A stretch of DNA of 64,000 bases from Podarcis erhardii (lineage: Eukaryota): the NCBI GenBank assembly GCA_964252035.1, contig OZ176201.1; one strand, given 5' to 3'. The position numbers were made by a program, and so were the translations under genes. Positions within the stretch are counted from its first letter, which is position 1. Every line of letters begins with the position of its first letter. This document shows positions 49,375 to 60,700 of this stretch, piece after piece. The notes beneath the pieces are model-generated. The model worked only from the letters and a program-made list of their open reading frames with translations, was not told where the DNA came from and did not search any database.

Positions 49375-52300
49375 TTTCCCATTTCCAGTGAAAGGTCAGC
49401 AGAGTAAGTTGATTGCTCCACCTAGTGGTTACAAGGCAGACAGCAACCTTTTGGGAGATAGGACTCCCAGCAAGAATCCAGTTCTGCTCCTGCCATTGGT
49501 CGCTACTGCTCTCGCTGATCTTTCAGGTTTTCTCTCTGAATTTCTTCTGTGACAGAAAAGGGAAAAAATAGAAGTTAATAATAGTCCTCTTTCCCTGTGG
49601 CCATGTTCCCCTTTGTTTCCCTACACTCCCCTGAAGGAGTTGTGGTGATTGCTCCTTTAAAGAAGGCTACTAAGGCAGAATGGGAGAATTCCCCAAATAT
49701 TAAAAAGCTGTACCTATTGTGAATACATTTTACACCTTGGAAACTGAATTCACTGACTCCCTTAAAACCCCTAGCATGTATTGTCCTATTTCTCTCTTAG
49801 TTTCTGAAAATCTACTTCCCAGAGGTGGGGATTCACAATTCAAGGACACCACTGAATGCAGATTGAACTATGCAATCCATAAAACACATGAAGCCCCCAC
49901 CCTGCCCATTAGAGCAGCACGAACAGCCTCTGTTTTTATCTAAACATCTATAAGATAAGCTCTTAGATGAGCCCATCAAACCAGGATACAAGTTGCACAT
50001 GTCAAACCCTACTAAAAATCCATTGCTCAGCTGCCTTCATAGCAGATGCTACTATGGATACCTCTCAATGTGCTTCTTGAGCCCTTGTAGCAGATGTGGT
50101 CACCAGATGCACTTAATGCTCAAACACTGGGATGTAGACACTCTTATGTCAGCCTCTCCATCGCGTCATATGCAGGAGGCAAGCTTCTGAGGGAGGATGC
50201 CCTAAAGGACATCTTAGTCTAGATGACAAGTGGAAGGTATTGCTAGCATACAAGACGGACAACAAGCGGCAGAATAGGCACCGTTCTCCACATTTCTACA
50301 ATCAGTCCTTTTAGAACTACTGATGAGTTCCTGGTCAGTTAAAAAAAAAAGCCGTATCTCCCCAACTTATCACCTAATACATTTTGGAGAACTCCTGTAC
50401 ACCACCAAAAGCCTCATCTCCTTAGCCCTGGAAAGATTTCAGAAAGCAAATCTGCAGTACAGCTTTAGCCAGTGTGGTGTAGTGGTTAAGAGCGGTAGTC
50501 TCGTAATCTGGGGAACCGGGTTCGCGTCTCCGCTCCTCCACATGCAGCTGCTGGGTGACCTTGGGCCAGTCACACTTCTTTGAAGTCTCTCAGCCCCACT
50601 CACCTCACAGAGTGTTTGTTGTGGGGGAGGAAGGGAAAGGAGAATGTTAGCCGCTTTGAGACTCCTTAAAGGGAGTGAAAGGCGGGATATCAAATCCAAA
50701 CTCTTCTTCTTCTCTTCTTAGCCCTCATTCACGCCAATATAATGGTGGTGGCACATGTCCTTGGCCTCTGCGTCTCAGCAACTCCTTGGGTGAAGCACCA
50801 TGCTTGGCCCCTCCAGTGGGCCCTACCGCCATTTCCGAAAAACATTGCCCTCGGCAGGTGCCTTCACATCAGGCTGTCACCCCAGCTCCATGACAGCCTG
50901 CAATGGTGAACTGACCTAGTCATCTTGAGGAGGGACTCCCCATTCCAGGACTCCCAGCAAATGATAATACCTTCAGATGCCAGACTCGTCTGTTGGGGCA
51001 CACATTGCAGGGATCTCTCAGTCCAGGGCCAGTGGTCTGCAGCAGAATCCTCCATGAGCATCAACTGGCTGGAGCTTTGAGCCACCCACATAGCCCTTCT
51101 GCACCTTGCACAACATCTCTCTCTCTGGAACATGTATGTACATCTGGACAGACAATACCAAAGCCAAATGAAACATCAACAGGCAAGGTTCAGCTTGATC
51201 CCCGAATCTGCAGCAAGAAACAACCCTCCTCTTGGACTAGGCAGGGATCAACATTCAATCAGTCACAACTACTGAACACATATACGGACTTAAGAACACT
51301 CGGGCAAACCAGGCAGAGTGGAGCCTGAAGCCCCACTTGTTTTCCAACTACTCCAGCAAAGCTTCAGCCAATGCAAAATCAATCTCTCTATATCTAATAG
51401 GGATTGCCAACTTCCACAATTCTTCACCAGGTTTCTCACCCCATCAGTGGAGGCCTGGAGCACTCTGCTCTCCCCCTGGCCACAGGGTCAACTCTATGCT
51501 TTCCCTCCAACTCCCATACTCCCATGGGTCCTCAGGAAAATCAGGGAAGAAAAGGCAAGAGTGCTCCTCATCACTCGGTTCTGGCCACATTGTCCTTGGT
51601 TTCCGCAGGTACTGAGCCTAGCACTCTCCTCTCTGTGGCAACTCCGCCAAATACTGGACATCCTAATTCAAGGTCTGATCCTTCACCCAGATCCTGCCTG
51701 GTTGCATCTGACTGCATGGTTTTTGACCAGAGATGGCTGACAGATGGATCTCACTCCAGACATCATAGATATTCTGCTGCACTGTGGAAAGTCTTTGACT
51801 CTACATATCTACCAATTCACCTGGAAATCTTTCCTCCTGAGGTGCTCTACTGAAGGGTGTAAAGTCAATAACTCTGGTATCTACCATCTTAGAATTCCTT
51901 CAAGATGACCAGAGAAAAGGCCTGAAGCCCAGTGTGCTAAAACAACAGGCAGCGGTGGTCTCCTCCATTCTCTCAAGGCTGCACTCCCCTTCCTTCTCCT
52001 CTCACCCACTCCTGAAACACTTTCCCCAGGGAGCATCTCTTAAATGCCCTCTAACTTTCCATAGATTCCCCTTCTGGGACCTTCACAGGGTTCTCTCTGT
52101 GCTTCAACACCCTCTTATTTTTAACCTCTCAGCAAGGTGGCTCCTTTCTTTGAAAATGGTATTCCTCATCGCAATCACCTCAGCCTGCAGAGTCTCTAAG
52201 TTGAATGCTCTTTCTGTTGCCAAACACCTCTGTGTCTTCCATAGAAGCAGAGTAGTGCTAAGGACTGAGACCCCCAAGTGTCTCCTGCAGATTCCATCTC

Positions 52301-53140
52301 CGGAAGGAGATGGTTCTTCTCTCCTTCTGTCCATCCCTACTCCATCCTCTGGAAAAGGCCTGACATTCCCTGGACGTCTGCAGAACCCTGAAGATTTACA
52401 CTGGTGGAACTAAAGCCCATAGGCTAACTGAAACCCTGTTTGTATCCTTCTACCCACCCTCACCAGGCAGGAAGATGTCCTCTTCCACCCTTTCTAGGTG
52501 GATCAGGGCATGTATAGCCTGGCCTAAGAGGTGCAGTGGTCTTCAGCACACCATGGCTCATTCCACAAAAGCCACAGCAGCCAGGGGTATGTTTTCCTCT
52601 CCTGCTTTTCTACAGGAGATCTGCAGGGCAGCTACTAGGGCAGCACCCAGGACCTTCACCAAGCACTGCCCCCTGGATTCCTAGGCACCCTCAGACGCAG
52701 CTTTGGGCAGAAGGGCTCTCGCTCCTCTCGCTATGACTTCCTGAAGCTGCACACTCTCCTTAGAAAGATTAGCTGCTGTGCGTCCTGCTGACCCTTTCAC
52801 TGGAAATGGGGAAAAGTACAGTTGTACCTCCCTGAAATGTAGCTTTCCATTTCTTGATGAAAGGCCAGCAGACCCTGCCCTAGTTGGTTTGGCTGCAGGA
52901 TTCTTGTCATTAGCACAGTCACATTGACATTAGGAGGTAGCATGTTTTTTTCTTCTTTCTATTCTTACACTCCTGGCTGTTGAGCTTGGCGAGTCTGCAT
53001 CCTGGATGGATGCATGCTGGGAGTCCTACCTCCCAAAATGTTGCTGTCTGCCTTGTGACCGCTAGGTGGAGCCATCGCCCCACTCTGCTGACCTTTCACT
53101 AGGAAATGGGGAAACTACACTTCAGGTAGGTACAACTCAT
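49375..53140 (+). mobile_element. DIRS1-like tyrosine-recombinase retrotransposon, decayed
   Basis: RNase H relic SDA...WGTH...QGQWS..E...INWLEL at about 50961; MT-like LYAFPP...VLRKIREEKARVLLI...WP..PWF (51318-51740); YR WDL..VL...AITSACRV..L.ALS and STLSRWI...AHST...EICRAAT (51934-52684); left ITR 49375-49472, ICR 52785-52871, right ITR 53015-53114 plus extension. Confidence 0.9.
50467..50719 (+). mobile_element. Squam3-like SINE inserted into the DIRS element
   Basis: Near-identical to the copy at 13876; (CTT)n tail. Confidence 0.85.
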
Positions 53141-53322
53141 ATTTTTCTCATGATCAAGAAGTGCACAGTTCTCTTACCACTCGCTGCCTTCAGAGCAGGA
53201 CATAACCTAACAGCTTGGGGCCAGTCCCAAAACTCACTTGATTCAGTGAGTTTAAAAAGTCAGCCTTCAGTCCCATCAAATATTACAGCATTACCCAAAT
53301 TCAATCTGTTTCCATCCTTCAG

Positions 53323-53445
53323 CTGTTCCAGCAGCACCAAGCAGCTGGAGTCTGGACAGCGGAACCAGAGAGGCCTTGCCATTCCTGTCTACTCATGTTG
53401 GGAGCATCCTGGCCCCACCAGTACCTCCCCGAAGCCTGCCCCATG
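53323..53445 (+). CDS. DOCK3: DOCK3 probable cassette exon (A)VPAAPSSWSLDSGTREALPFLSTHVGSILAPPVPPRSLPH(G)
   Basis: cttcag|CT, G|gtaagg; 123 nt, symmetric phase 1-1, open frame; SSWSLDSG and PPVPPR resemble the recalled DOCK4 tail. Confidence 0.85.
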
Positions 53446-53705
53446 GTAAGGAAATGGCCAGTAGGTCTGCAGAAGAAATCCTGCACTAATGCCCAATTAA
53501 ACCATGTGAAAGCAAACAGTGCCACCTGTTTGCCTTCTGAAAAATGAAAAAGGAGTAAAAGGAAGAGAAGGCTACACCAACTCTCTTGGCTGATGATTTC
53601 ATAAATCTTTAAAAACCAAAAAAAGCAGTACTCTAAATGTGCTTTGGGACTGGAATTGGGCTTATGAGTGATGTACACTAGCCCAGTGTCTTGCTAAAAG
53701 CCGTA

Positions 53706-53795
53706 CAGTACAATTCCATGCATGTTTACTCAGAAGTAAGTCACATTGAGTTCAATGGGACTTACTACAAGGTTAGCGTGTATGGGATTGCAGCC
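53706..53795. mobile_element. Short palindromic squamate MITE (related copies at about 9945, 30360 and 42536)
   Basis: catgcatgtttactcagaagtaagtcacattgagttcaatgggacttactac...gggattgcagc, self-complementary around attgagttcaat. Confidence 0.65.
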
Positions 53796-54117
53796 TAGGT
53801 TTAACAAATAAAACATTGAGCTCTAGTTATTGAAGATAAATTAAGGTTTCAGATATTTAATGCTAAAGAGCCTGTTGTCTTGCCACGGGAGCCTTGATAT
53901 GATAACTGCGTGTGTTACACTGTGTTGCTGCCTTCATTTGCTGTTTGTTGTGTACATTGAGTTACAATTTACCATGTAAAATAATTGGTTTCTAGGAAAC
54001 TGACACTGCACTATCAGGACATATCTGTCTAACTAGCATCACAGGACATTTAAGAGTTGGAAATGCTATTTCTGACTTACTGCTCGCAGACAACTTTTTC
54101 CATTTATCTCATTTAAG

Positions 54118-54200
54118 GTCACTACTCGCTGCATTTTGATGCCTTCCATCACCATCTTAATGATGCCCCCCCAGCACTGCCTGCACGGACGCTACGTAAG
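54118..54200 (+). CDS. DOCK3: DOCK3 exon HYSLHFDAFHHHLNDAPPALPARTLRK
   Basis: ttaag|GT, AAG|gtaaaa; 83 nt, phase 1-0. Confidence 0.93.
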
Positions 54201-55492
54201 GTAAAACTATATCTCAAATTGCAGAACCACCCTCTGATTCAGCCAGCATACTGAGAGCAATTCTGTAATCCACCTCTTTGTTTATTTATACTGATTTACT
54301 CTACTGTACGCCCTGTGATATTACCGGGAGATTTATCACCTTGCTAAACTTGATGAGGTGGGAAAGGGTGTTTCTCCTGCTTGCTTATTTAAAACAGTTA
54401 AAAGATCCTCAAGCTGTTATAGCAGTGTGTGGTAAGCCCACATTTCCTGAGAGTTAGGGTACTCTGAAAGCAGCAAGGGGAGCCTTTTCAAAGCACTTTC
54501 CCTGATTGACTTTCAAAATGCTCTTCCTATTTAAGCATGGGTCTCCTTTGAAAGCGTAGATCCATCCAGAGCCACCCTTTCAAAGCACTCTTCTGTACCT
54601 GCTCAAACAGGGAGAACAGAGTGCTTTGAAACCACAGTCTGTGCCAGCAGGAATTGCACTTTCAAAGCACTCTTCTTGCTGCTTTGAGAATGGTCCATCC
54701 CCAAAGAAATATGGCCTTAATTCACACTGCTATGAAAAAAAACAAAAGGGGGTTTTTTTAAGTTAAAGAAGCATTGGGAGGCCTCAGCTACTGCTTGAAA
54801 ACTCTGAGGAAATTTTGCTCATCCACCCCATTTTCAGGGATTTCAGGAAACTGGCAGAATGTGCAGGTTGGTCTATAGTTGAGGGCAGTTAAAGTGTCTG
54901 GAGGTAAGGGTGGGGAAATGAAACAGAAGGAATTGGCCTCCTTAATTCCCCAACAGCTATTGTATTCCGGAGGAAAGCTTCTGATTGGCGGGATGTGCTC
55001 CTTGAAGTTGTCCTCCCACACTGTTCACCTTACTTCCGGCAGCTATATACAGTAACAGAACAGCAGCCAGCCTCAATCAATCCTGAGCCCTTTAGTACTA
55101 TAGCACAGCACAGGTTTTAGAAGGGCAGAAGAGAGAAGGAAAGTAGCCTCTTGCAAACCCCAGTACTAAAAGTTAAAAGTGGACATGGAGCGGCACGTGG
55201 TACCTGTAAAATCTGTTGCTATGTACATGCACCAATACTCAAAATATTCATCCTGCTCTTACTATGTGAAATTGTAATGATAGAGAGGAATCCTATTCGG
55301 AATAAGGGAATTTCCCTTTAAAAAAGGGAAACGTTGACAGCTATGATATTTGTTTATATTTGAACACAAAATCTATAAAACGGTAATTAATGTTCTGTGA
55401 TCGGTGTGGGACGAATTAACCACGGAAGTGCAGAAATATTTCTTTGTATGTTTTGACATACGTATGAATGTTCTGTGTCGTTTTTTAAACAG

Positions 55493-55999
55493 TCACCACT
55501 TCATCCGATTCCTGCATCACCCACAAGCCCCCAGTCTGGCCTGGATGGAAGCAACTCTACCCTTTCAGGCAGCGCAAGCAGTGGCGTCTCCTCGTTAAGT
55601 GAAAGTAACTTTGGGCATTCATCTGAGCCCCCTCCTCGAACAGACACTATGGATTCTGTCCCTAGCCAGGCGTGGAATACTGATGAAGACTTAGAGACAC
55701 CCTACCTTCCCGTCAGGTATAGTCTCTCAGAGCCAGATGTCCTGGAAACACTCAAATCCCAGCCGTGCCGAAGCCACTCTGCCCCATCGGGAGTCATTCC
55801 TCAGGACGCTGTGGACCCTCCAGCTCTACCCCCTAAACCATATCACTCCCGCCTTCCAAACATGGAAAACGAGGAGGGGGTGATCTTGGAGGAGGATGAA
55901 AAACACCGGGCGCTACATCGCAAAATTTCCCAGCCAACTAGCGGTGTGAAAGAGGAGCAAGCCAGAGTAGCGTGGGAGCATGGCATCAGTGAGCAGTAG
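55493..55999 (+). CDS. DOCK3: DOCK3 last coding exon SPLHPIPASPTSPQSG...PPALPPKPYH...AWEHGISEQ*
   Basis: aaacag|TCA; TAG at 55997-55999; proline-rich tail with a PxLPxK (Crk SH3-type) motif. Confidence 0.96.
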   Translation, partial: SPLHPIPASPTSPQSGLDGSNSTLSGSASSGVSSLSESNFGHSSEPPPRTDTMDSVPSQAWNTDEDLETPYLPVRYSLSEPDVLETLKSQPCRSHSAPSGVIPQDAVDPPALPPKPYHSRLPNMENEEGVILEEDEKHRALHRKISQPTSGVKEEQARVAWEHGISEQ

Positions 56000-58900
56000 G
56001 CAGAAGTGTGAGAGAAGACGGTTTGCATGATCATTCCAGGTCTGTGAAACCAGAAGACAGATGTACAATAAGGAGGCTTCAGAGAAAAGAAAAGTGAACT
56101 GCTTTATTCTCTGCTGCAGAGAGTTAATGACTGGAGCCAGAGATTGGGCCAGCATGTGCAGTTGCTGCTTTCCTTTTTATTTAATTTTATACTTTTAAGA
56201 TTTTTAGTGTTTTGGGGTTTTGTCTATTTTTTTGCAGTGGGTGCTTCATTCCTTCTACAGTTTATCAGACAGCAGGAAGTGATATTAGCTATAGACACTT
56301 GCAGAAACTGAAAAGCATTAGGATTTTGAGGGGAGGGGGGATGTGGCATGGAATATTTACAAGCTTTCCTTCCAGTTTTGAGATGCGCACAAGTTTTGAA
56401 GCAGTTGCACTAGGAATGTGTTTATTTGCTGTAGTAAGTGAATGCTAATTTTGAATTCAGGGATTCTGCGAAGCCAGAAGGTACAGAGTTTTAAAGGCAC
56501 TGAAGAAATGAGATGTTCCAGGCTTGAGGCATATAAACTTATTTTGCAATGGTCTCCTTGCATTGCCTCAGGTGTGCTGAAGCAATCTAACCAGTGCTGA
56601 CTGGCTGCCATTTCTATTTTAAGGCATCATTTCACACAAACTCTTCTTGGCTTGGCAGAGACTTTTTGATTTCCTGCTTTTTCCATTGTTATTCATCTGT
56701 ATTTATTGATGCTACAGTATGAGGGAAACGGCTAACCATGGGACTTATAGCCCATTCCTGGCCTCCCCATGCCTCGGGTTTTTGGCATTAGCATTTTAAT
56801 TCCAGTCCAGGAAGTTGAGGAGGAGTATCTTATGTCAGAAACTAAGCTAGAATAAAAGGAAGGCTTGAGCACACGCCTGACAGTTGCTTTAAGGCTGACG
56901 ATCTTGCATAGTCCAAACTACTCTCTGTTGTTGTACCATCCTCCTCACCCCAGAAAAGAAAGCCTCTCATTGTTGCATTGCTATTGGACAAGATCACTTC
57001 CAGTTACTTGTTCCAGTGTCATAGAAATACAGTGGTCTTCAGAAAATGTCCACTAAGTAAAAATTGTAGAAGCGGGTGGAGGGGGGGGATATTTTTATCC
57101 TTTTTAATAAAAAGTTTCTGAAATGTTTACAAAGGAGACGACTAAGGGTGTGCTATGGTGTGTAAAATCATGATTGACTGTTAGGGAACCTAAGGAATGG
57201 GGCGTTGCTTATATTTATATTCAAGAACCAGTGCAGCCAATTAACATGCCATAGTTGAACATTTTAACCAAAGGAACTGTGGGGCAAGCTGCCATGAACT
57301 ATATGAGTTAGAAATGTAGCTAAGTTTGGGAAAGGAATATTAACACATATTAAGCAATACGGCAAGGATTTGCATATTCAAATGAATAATGCAAGATAAC
57401 AATACTTGAAAGTTGTTAGGGTTTTAGTCAGCATTTTTTAAATCCATGTCATCCCAACACCTTAATAATGGCAAAGTTATATTTAATCAAGATCCAGTTT
57501 TGCTGCCCTTCCCACTGGTGGCTAAAAAAAAATATGAATCTGTTTATTTTTACAATTTTTGTAGTGATACCCAGAAGCACATTATGAAATGTTTTATACT
57601 AAATGAGAAATCAGCACAGAAAATGTAAAGGATTGACTCCATTTCCAAAACAGCCAATGACAGAAACATACAGAAGCTCAAATTCCTGGTTTCACTCTTC
57701 AATCAGTCACTATATATATTATAAAGAAACAAACAAAAAAATATACCGTATGTACCTTGTATGACTGAAATGGCTTTTTTCTGAGGTAAGCTGCTAATGT
57801 ATTTTCCCCCAAGCTCTGTCCAATGTAAACACACAGTAGTTCCGTCCTTATATTTTAACGAAACACCATGGCATTAAAAACTTGCCTAGTTTTATTTTTG
57901 AGTTTGCACTAGATAGAAAATACATTTGTATTGCCTCTTTCCTTTGATCCACAACCATCATTTCCCTCTCTTAAGTCAAAGTGGCTTTGCAGTGCCATCA
58001 GAAAGAAGTATCTCCTGTCAGGCACAATTTAAATGCAGGTCCTATACTTCCAGTTAAGAATAGAATGTCAAACATAAATGTTACCCACTTAGAGCTCCAG
58101 GAAGGTTTTTTTTAAAAGGCGTAACATCTTTTTTAGAGACTAGCAGTACAAACCTATGGATTTTCTCCTTATAGTAGGTTGCTTAGAGGATTGCAACCCG
58201 CAGTATAGCTAGGGTGTTTGCTGTTGGTACCTGAAAGCAGGTTGTTGTTGTTTTTACAAGTAAGGTAATGAATTGGCAGGTGTAAGCAAATATCAGCTAC
58301 TTTCATAACACTCAACCTTCAGATTCCATTGAGGGAAGCAAATTTAGATGTAGTAACTGAAGCTTTCCAATTTCTAAATAATGTTTGGTGTGCTTTAGTG
58401 GCTTTCTAAAAGGAAGTTCTCTATGTGTGTACATGGATGCAATTTTAAAATGAGTTTCAACTGTATTGCAGTTGGCGAGAACTTAGCATCCGATAAATCA
58501 GGATGCATTTCCAGTTGCTGAATTGGGTATCCTATGCTGCATTACTAAAATTACTTACTAGATATTCAGGCCACCAGCACAAGCCCCATTGAGAGGGGGG
58601 AATATGTGCTGACATGGCTTTGAAAGCCAACCTATAAAAAGCAACATAATAATTTAGTTGGACACAGACAGGAAAAATGGAAACATATCTTTGGACAACA
58701 AAGTAGCACATACAATCATGGTACTTTGGAATAGGTATAAACTGCTCCAAAATATGGTGTTCTTGTCCTTTGCCTGAAGTAGAAGGAAGGTTTAAAGACA
58801 TTAATTGGATTTTGTTGCCATAGCAAAGATATAGGGATTCTTTCCCTCACAAACATCCCTACACTCATTTTTCCCCCTTTACTCTGTAAAAGGGGACTAA

Positions 58901-59430
58901 ATCATATCTTTCCTAAGGAAGAACGAGTGAGCAGGAAATTTAGGGAGGTGATATCATGTTGCTTAATTTGTTTCCCCATCACGTTTCATGTAAATATCCC
59001 ACGAATGCTGTGTATTTGTACAGGAAATTGAGCAAAAAATGTATAGATTGTGATGTCTGACTGGTACTCTGCCCTGTAAATGTATTTTTAACCTATGGCA
59101 ATCTGTTGTTGTTTAAAACAACGGCAACCACAATCCCTACCCCAACCAGTTCTCTTTTTGTGTATTCATGTTCGGAAAACCTATCATAACTGTAAGGAAA
59201 AGCAAACCTTAAAAGGAAAACAAAATATTTGTACCAGAGTCCTAAAGATATTTCATTGTATATATTGTGATAGCATGTTTCTGGAACCAACAAATAAGTG
59301 ATGTGAATTTTAGGTGTAAATATCTGCTGTTTTGTTTTGGATTTCCCCCCCTTCCCTTCCCCATTCACTCAACTGCTGTGATGTTGAATTAAAAATTAAT
59401 ACTTGATATTAAAAAGCATTGAGCAGATGC
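56000..59430 (+). other. DOCK3: DOCK3 3' UTR (end approximate)
   Basis: Repeat-poor sequence after the stop codon; AATAAA at 57106-57111 (possible proximal site) and ATTAAA at 59388-59393 and 59408-59413. The end point is inferred. Confidence 0.5.
59388..59413 (+). terminator. Candidate distal poly(A) signals (two ATTAAA)
   Basis: Two ATTAAA hexamers directly after a PUM-site-rich UTR block; cleavage site not verifiable. Confidence 0.4.
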
Positions 59431-60519
59431 TCCAAAGTACCCATGAGATATTTATTCAGATGCCACAATGTATCTTACATATAAAAGCTGGTGCTCAGTA
59501 AACTCTCATGATGTTGATCTCCTACAGATTTCCTGTTCAGGTGCTGTCAATTGAAATTACACACCAATAAGTTTAGGGGTGGGAAACTATTGAAAAATCA
59601 GGAAAATGGGAAGAATGCTGCAATCTACTTCATAGGGAAATTGATGATATGATCATCTGTTATTAACTAACCGTGTTTTACCCAGCAGTATTCTCCCTTA
59701 CTAAAAATACTTTCCCCAAGATTTGTGGGTACCATTTTCACTTTTTTTTAAAAAAAAGCATTGTAACCAGTAAATCCCTAGATGATGAAACCTTGTTGCT
59801 AGAAGAAAAGGGGATACTTGCTTCTCGCTAGAAAAGGTTTTCATCTTGCTTTATGGGACCCAAAGAGGTAGAATAATCTCACACCTAGTGAACTGAAGGC
59901 CCTGCAGAATACTCATGGATTCTCTGACTGGCTTTCTCTAATGTTTTAGCACTCTGTGACAGCCAATTACCACCGTGTGTCCAAGTTCATTGAAATAGCT
60001 TGGCCATGCCCCCCCCCCTTTGTTGCCAATCACAAGCTGCATTGGTTTTGCCTTTAGACTCCTCTTCTATCAAAACAGAAACATGCCGTACATCTGAGCA
60101 GTAACCACACCAGGAATCAGCTTCTGGAGCTGGGTTTAGAGTGTTGGCAGCAATTTTCCTACTCATGGCAAAACAGTGTAAGGACCAGAATAGGGAATGC
60201 CCCATCACACTCACGGCTAATTATTAAACACATAACGAGAATTATTGCAGATAAATTCAGAAGCAGAAAACCATGTGCAACACATGGAAAACAGGCATGC
60301 CTAATACCTTTTGAGTCAGACTGAATGGATGAAAGATAGGAATGGAACAAAAACAGCAGCTCAACCCATCACTTAGCAAATATGATGGCATAATATGGGG
60401 ATTTGGATTTCTTCCTGGGCTCAGGTCTTTTTGTTAAGCTTTAGCCAGCTGATGAGTATAGTGAGGGTGCAATGTTGAATGTAGGAGACCCTGCTGCACA
60501 TCCGCTAACGGGGTGGCTC

Positions 60520-60700
60520 TCTACCTACGAACCTAAGACCCTGCTGGGTCAGGGCAAAGACCCATCTAGTCCAGCATCCTGCCCTCACAGTGGCCAACCA
60601 CATGCCCATGGGAAGACAACAAGTTGGGCCTGAGTGCAGCAGCGTGCTCTCCACTTGTAATTCCCAGTGACTGGTATTCAGAAGCAGACCATCTCCACCA
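60520..60700 (+). mobile_element. CR1 3' UTR fragment
   Basis: ctgctgggtcagggcaaagacccatctagtccagcatcctgccctcacagtggccaacca, the recalled lizard CR1 3' UTR motif. Confidence 0.65.

Larger units (their letters stand above)
461..55999 (+). other. DOCK3: DOCK3 gene, 3' portion (32 coding exons in window; 5' exons lie upstream of the window)
   Basis: The spliced exon chain translates to peptides matching recalled vertebrate DOCK3 almost residue for residue (EYLFKFIVQSRILYSRATCGMEEEQF ... EEQARVAWEHGISEQ*). All introns are GT-AG and phases are consistent except for one +1 indel at 45651-45655. Confidence 0.97.

Noticed and set aside
54086-54117. Upstream AG (gcag) before the HYSLHF exon
   Set aside because: 28 nt upstream and out of frame, with no duplication or tract supporting its use.
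57267-57359. Single 7-mer seed matches for miR-9 (ACCAAAG) and miR-137 (AGCAATA) in the 3' UTR
   Set aside because: Isolated 7-mers in a 3.4-kb AT-rich UTR are within chance expectation without conservation data.
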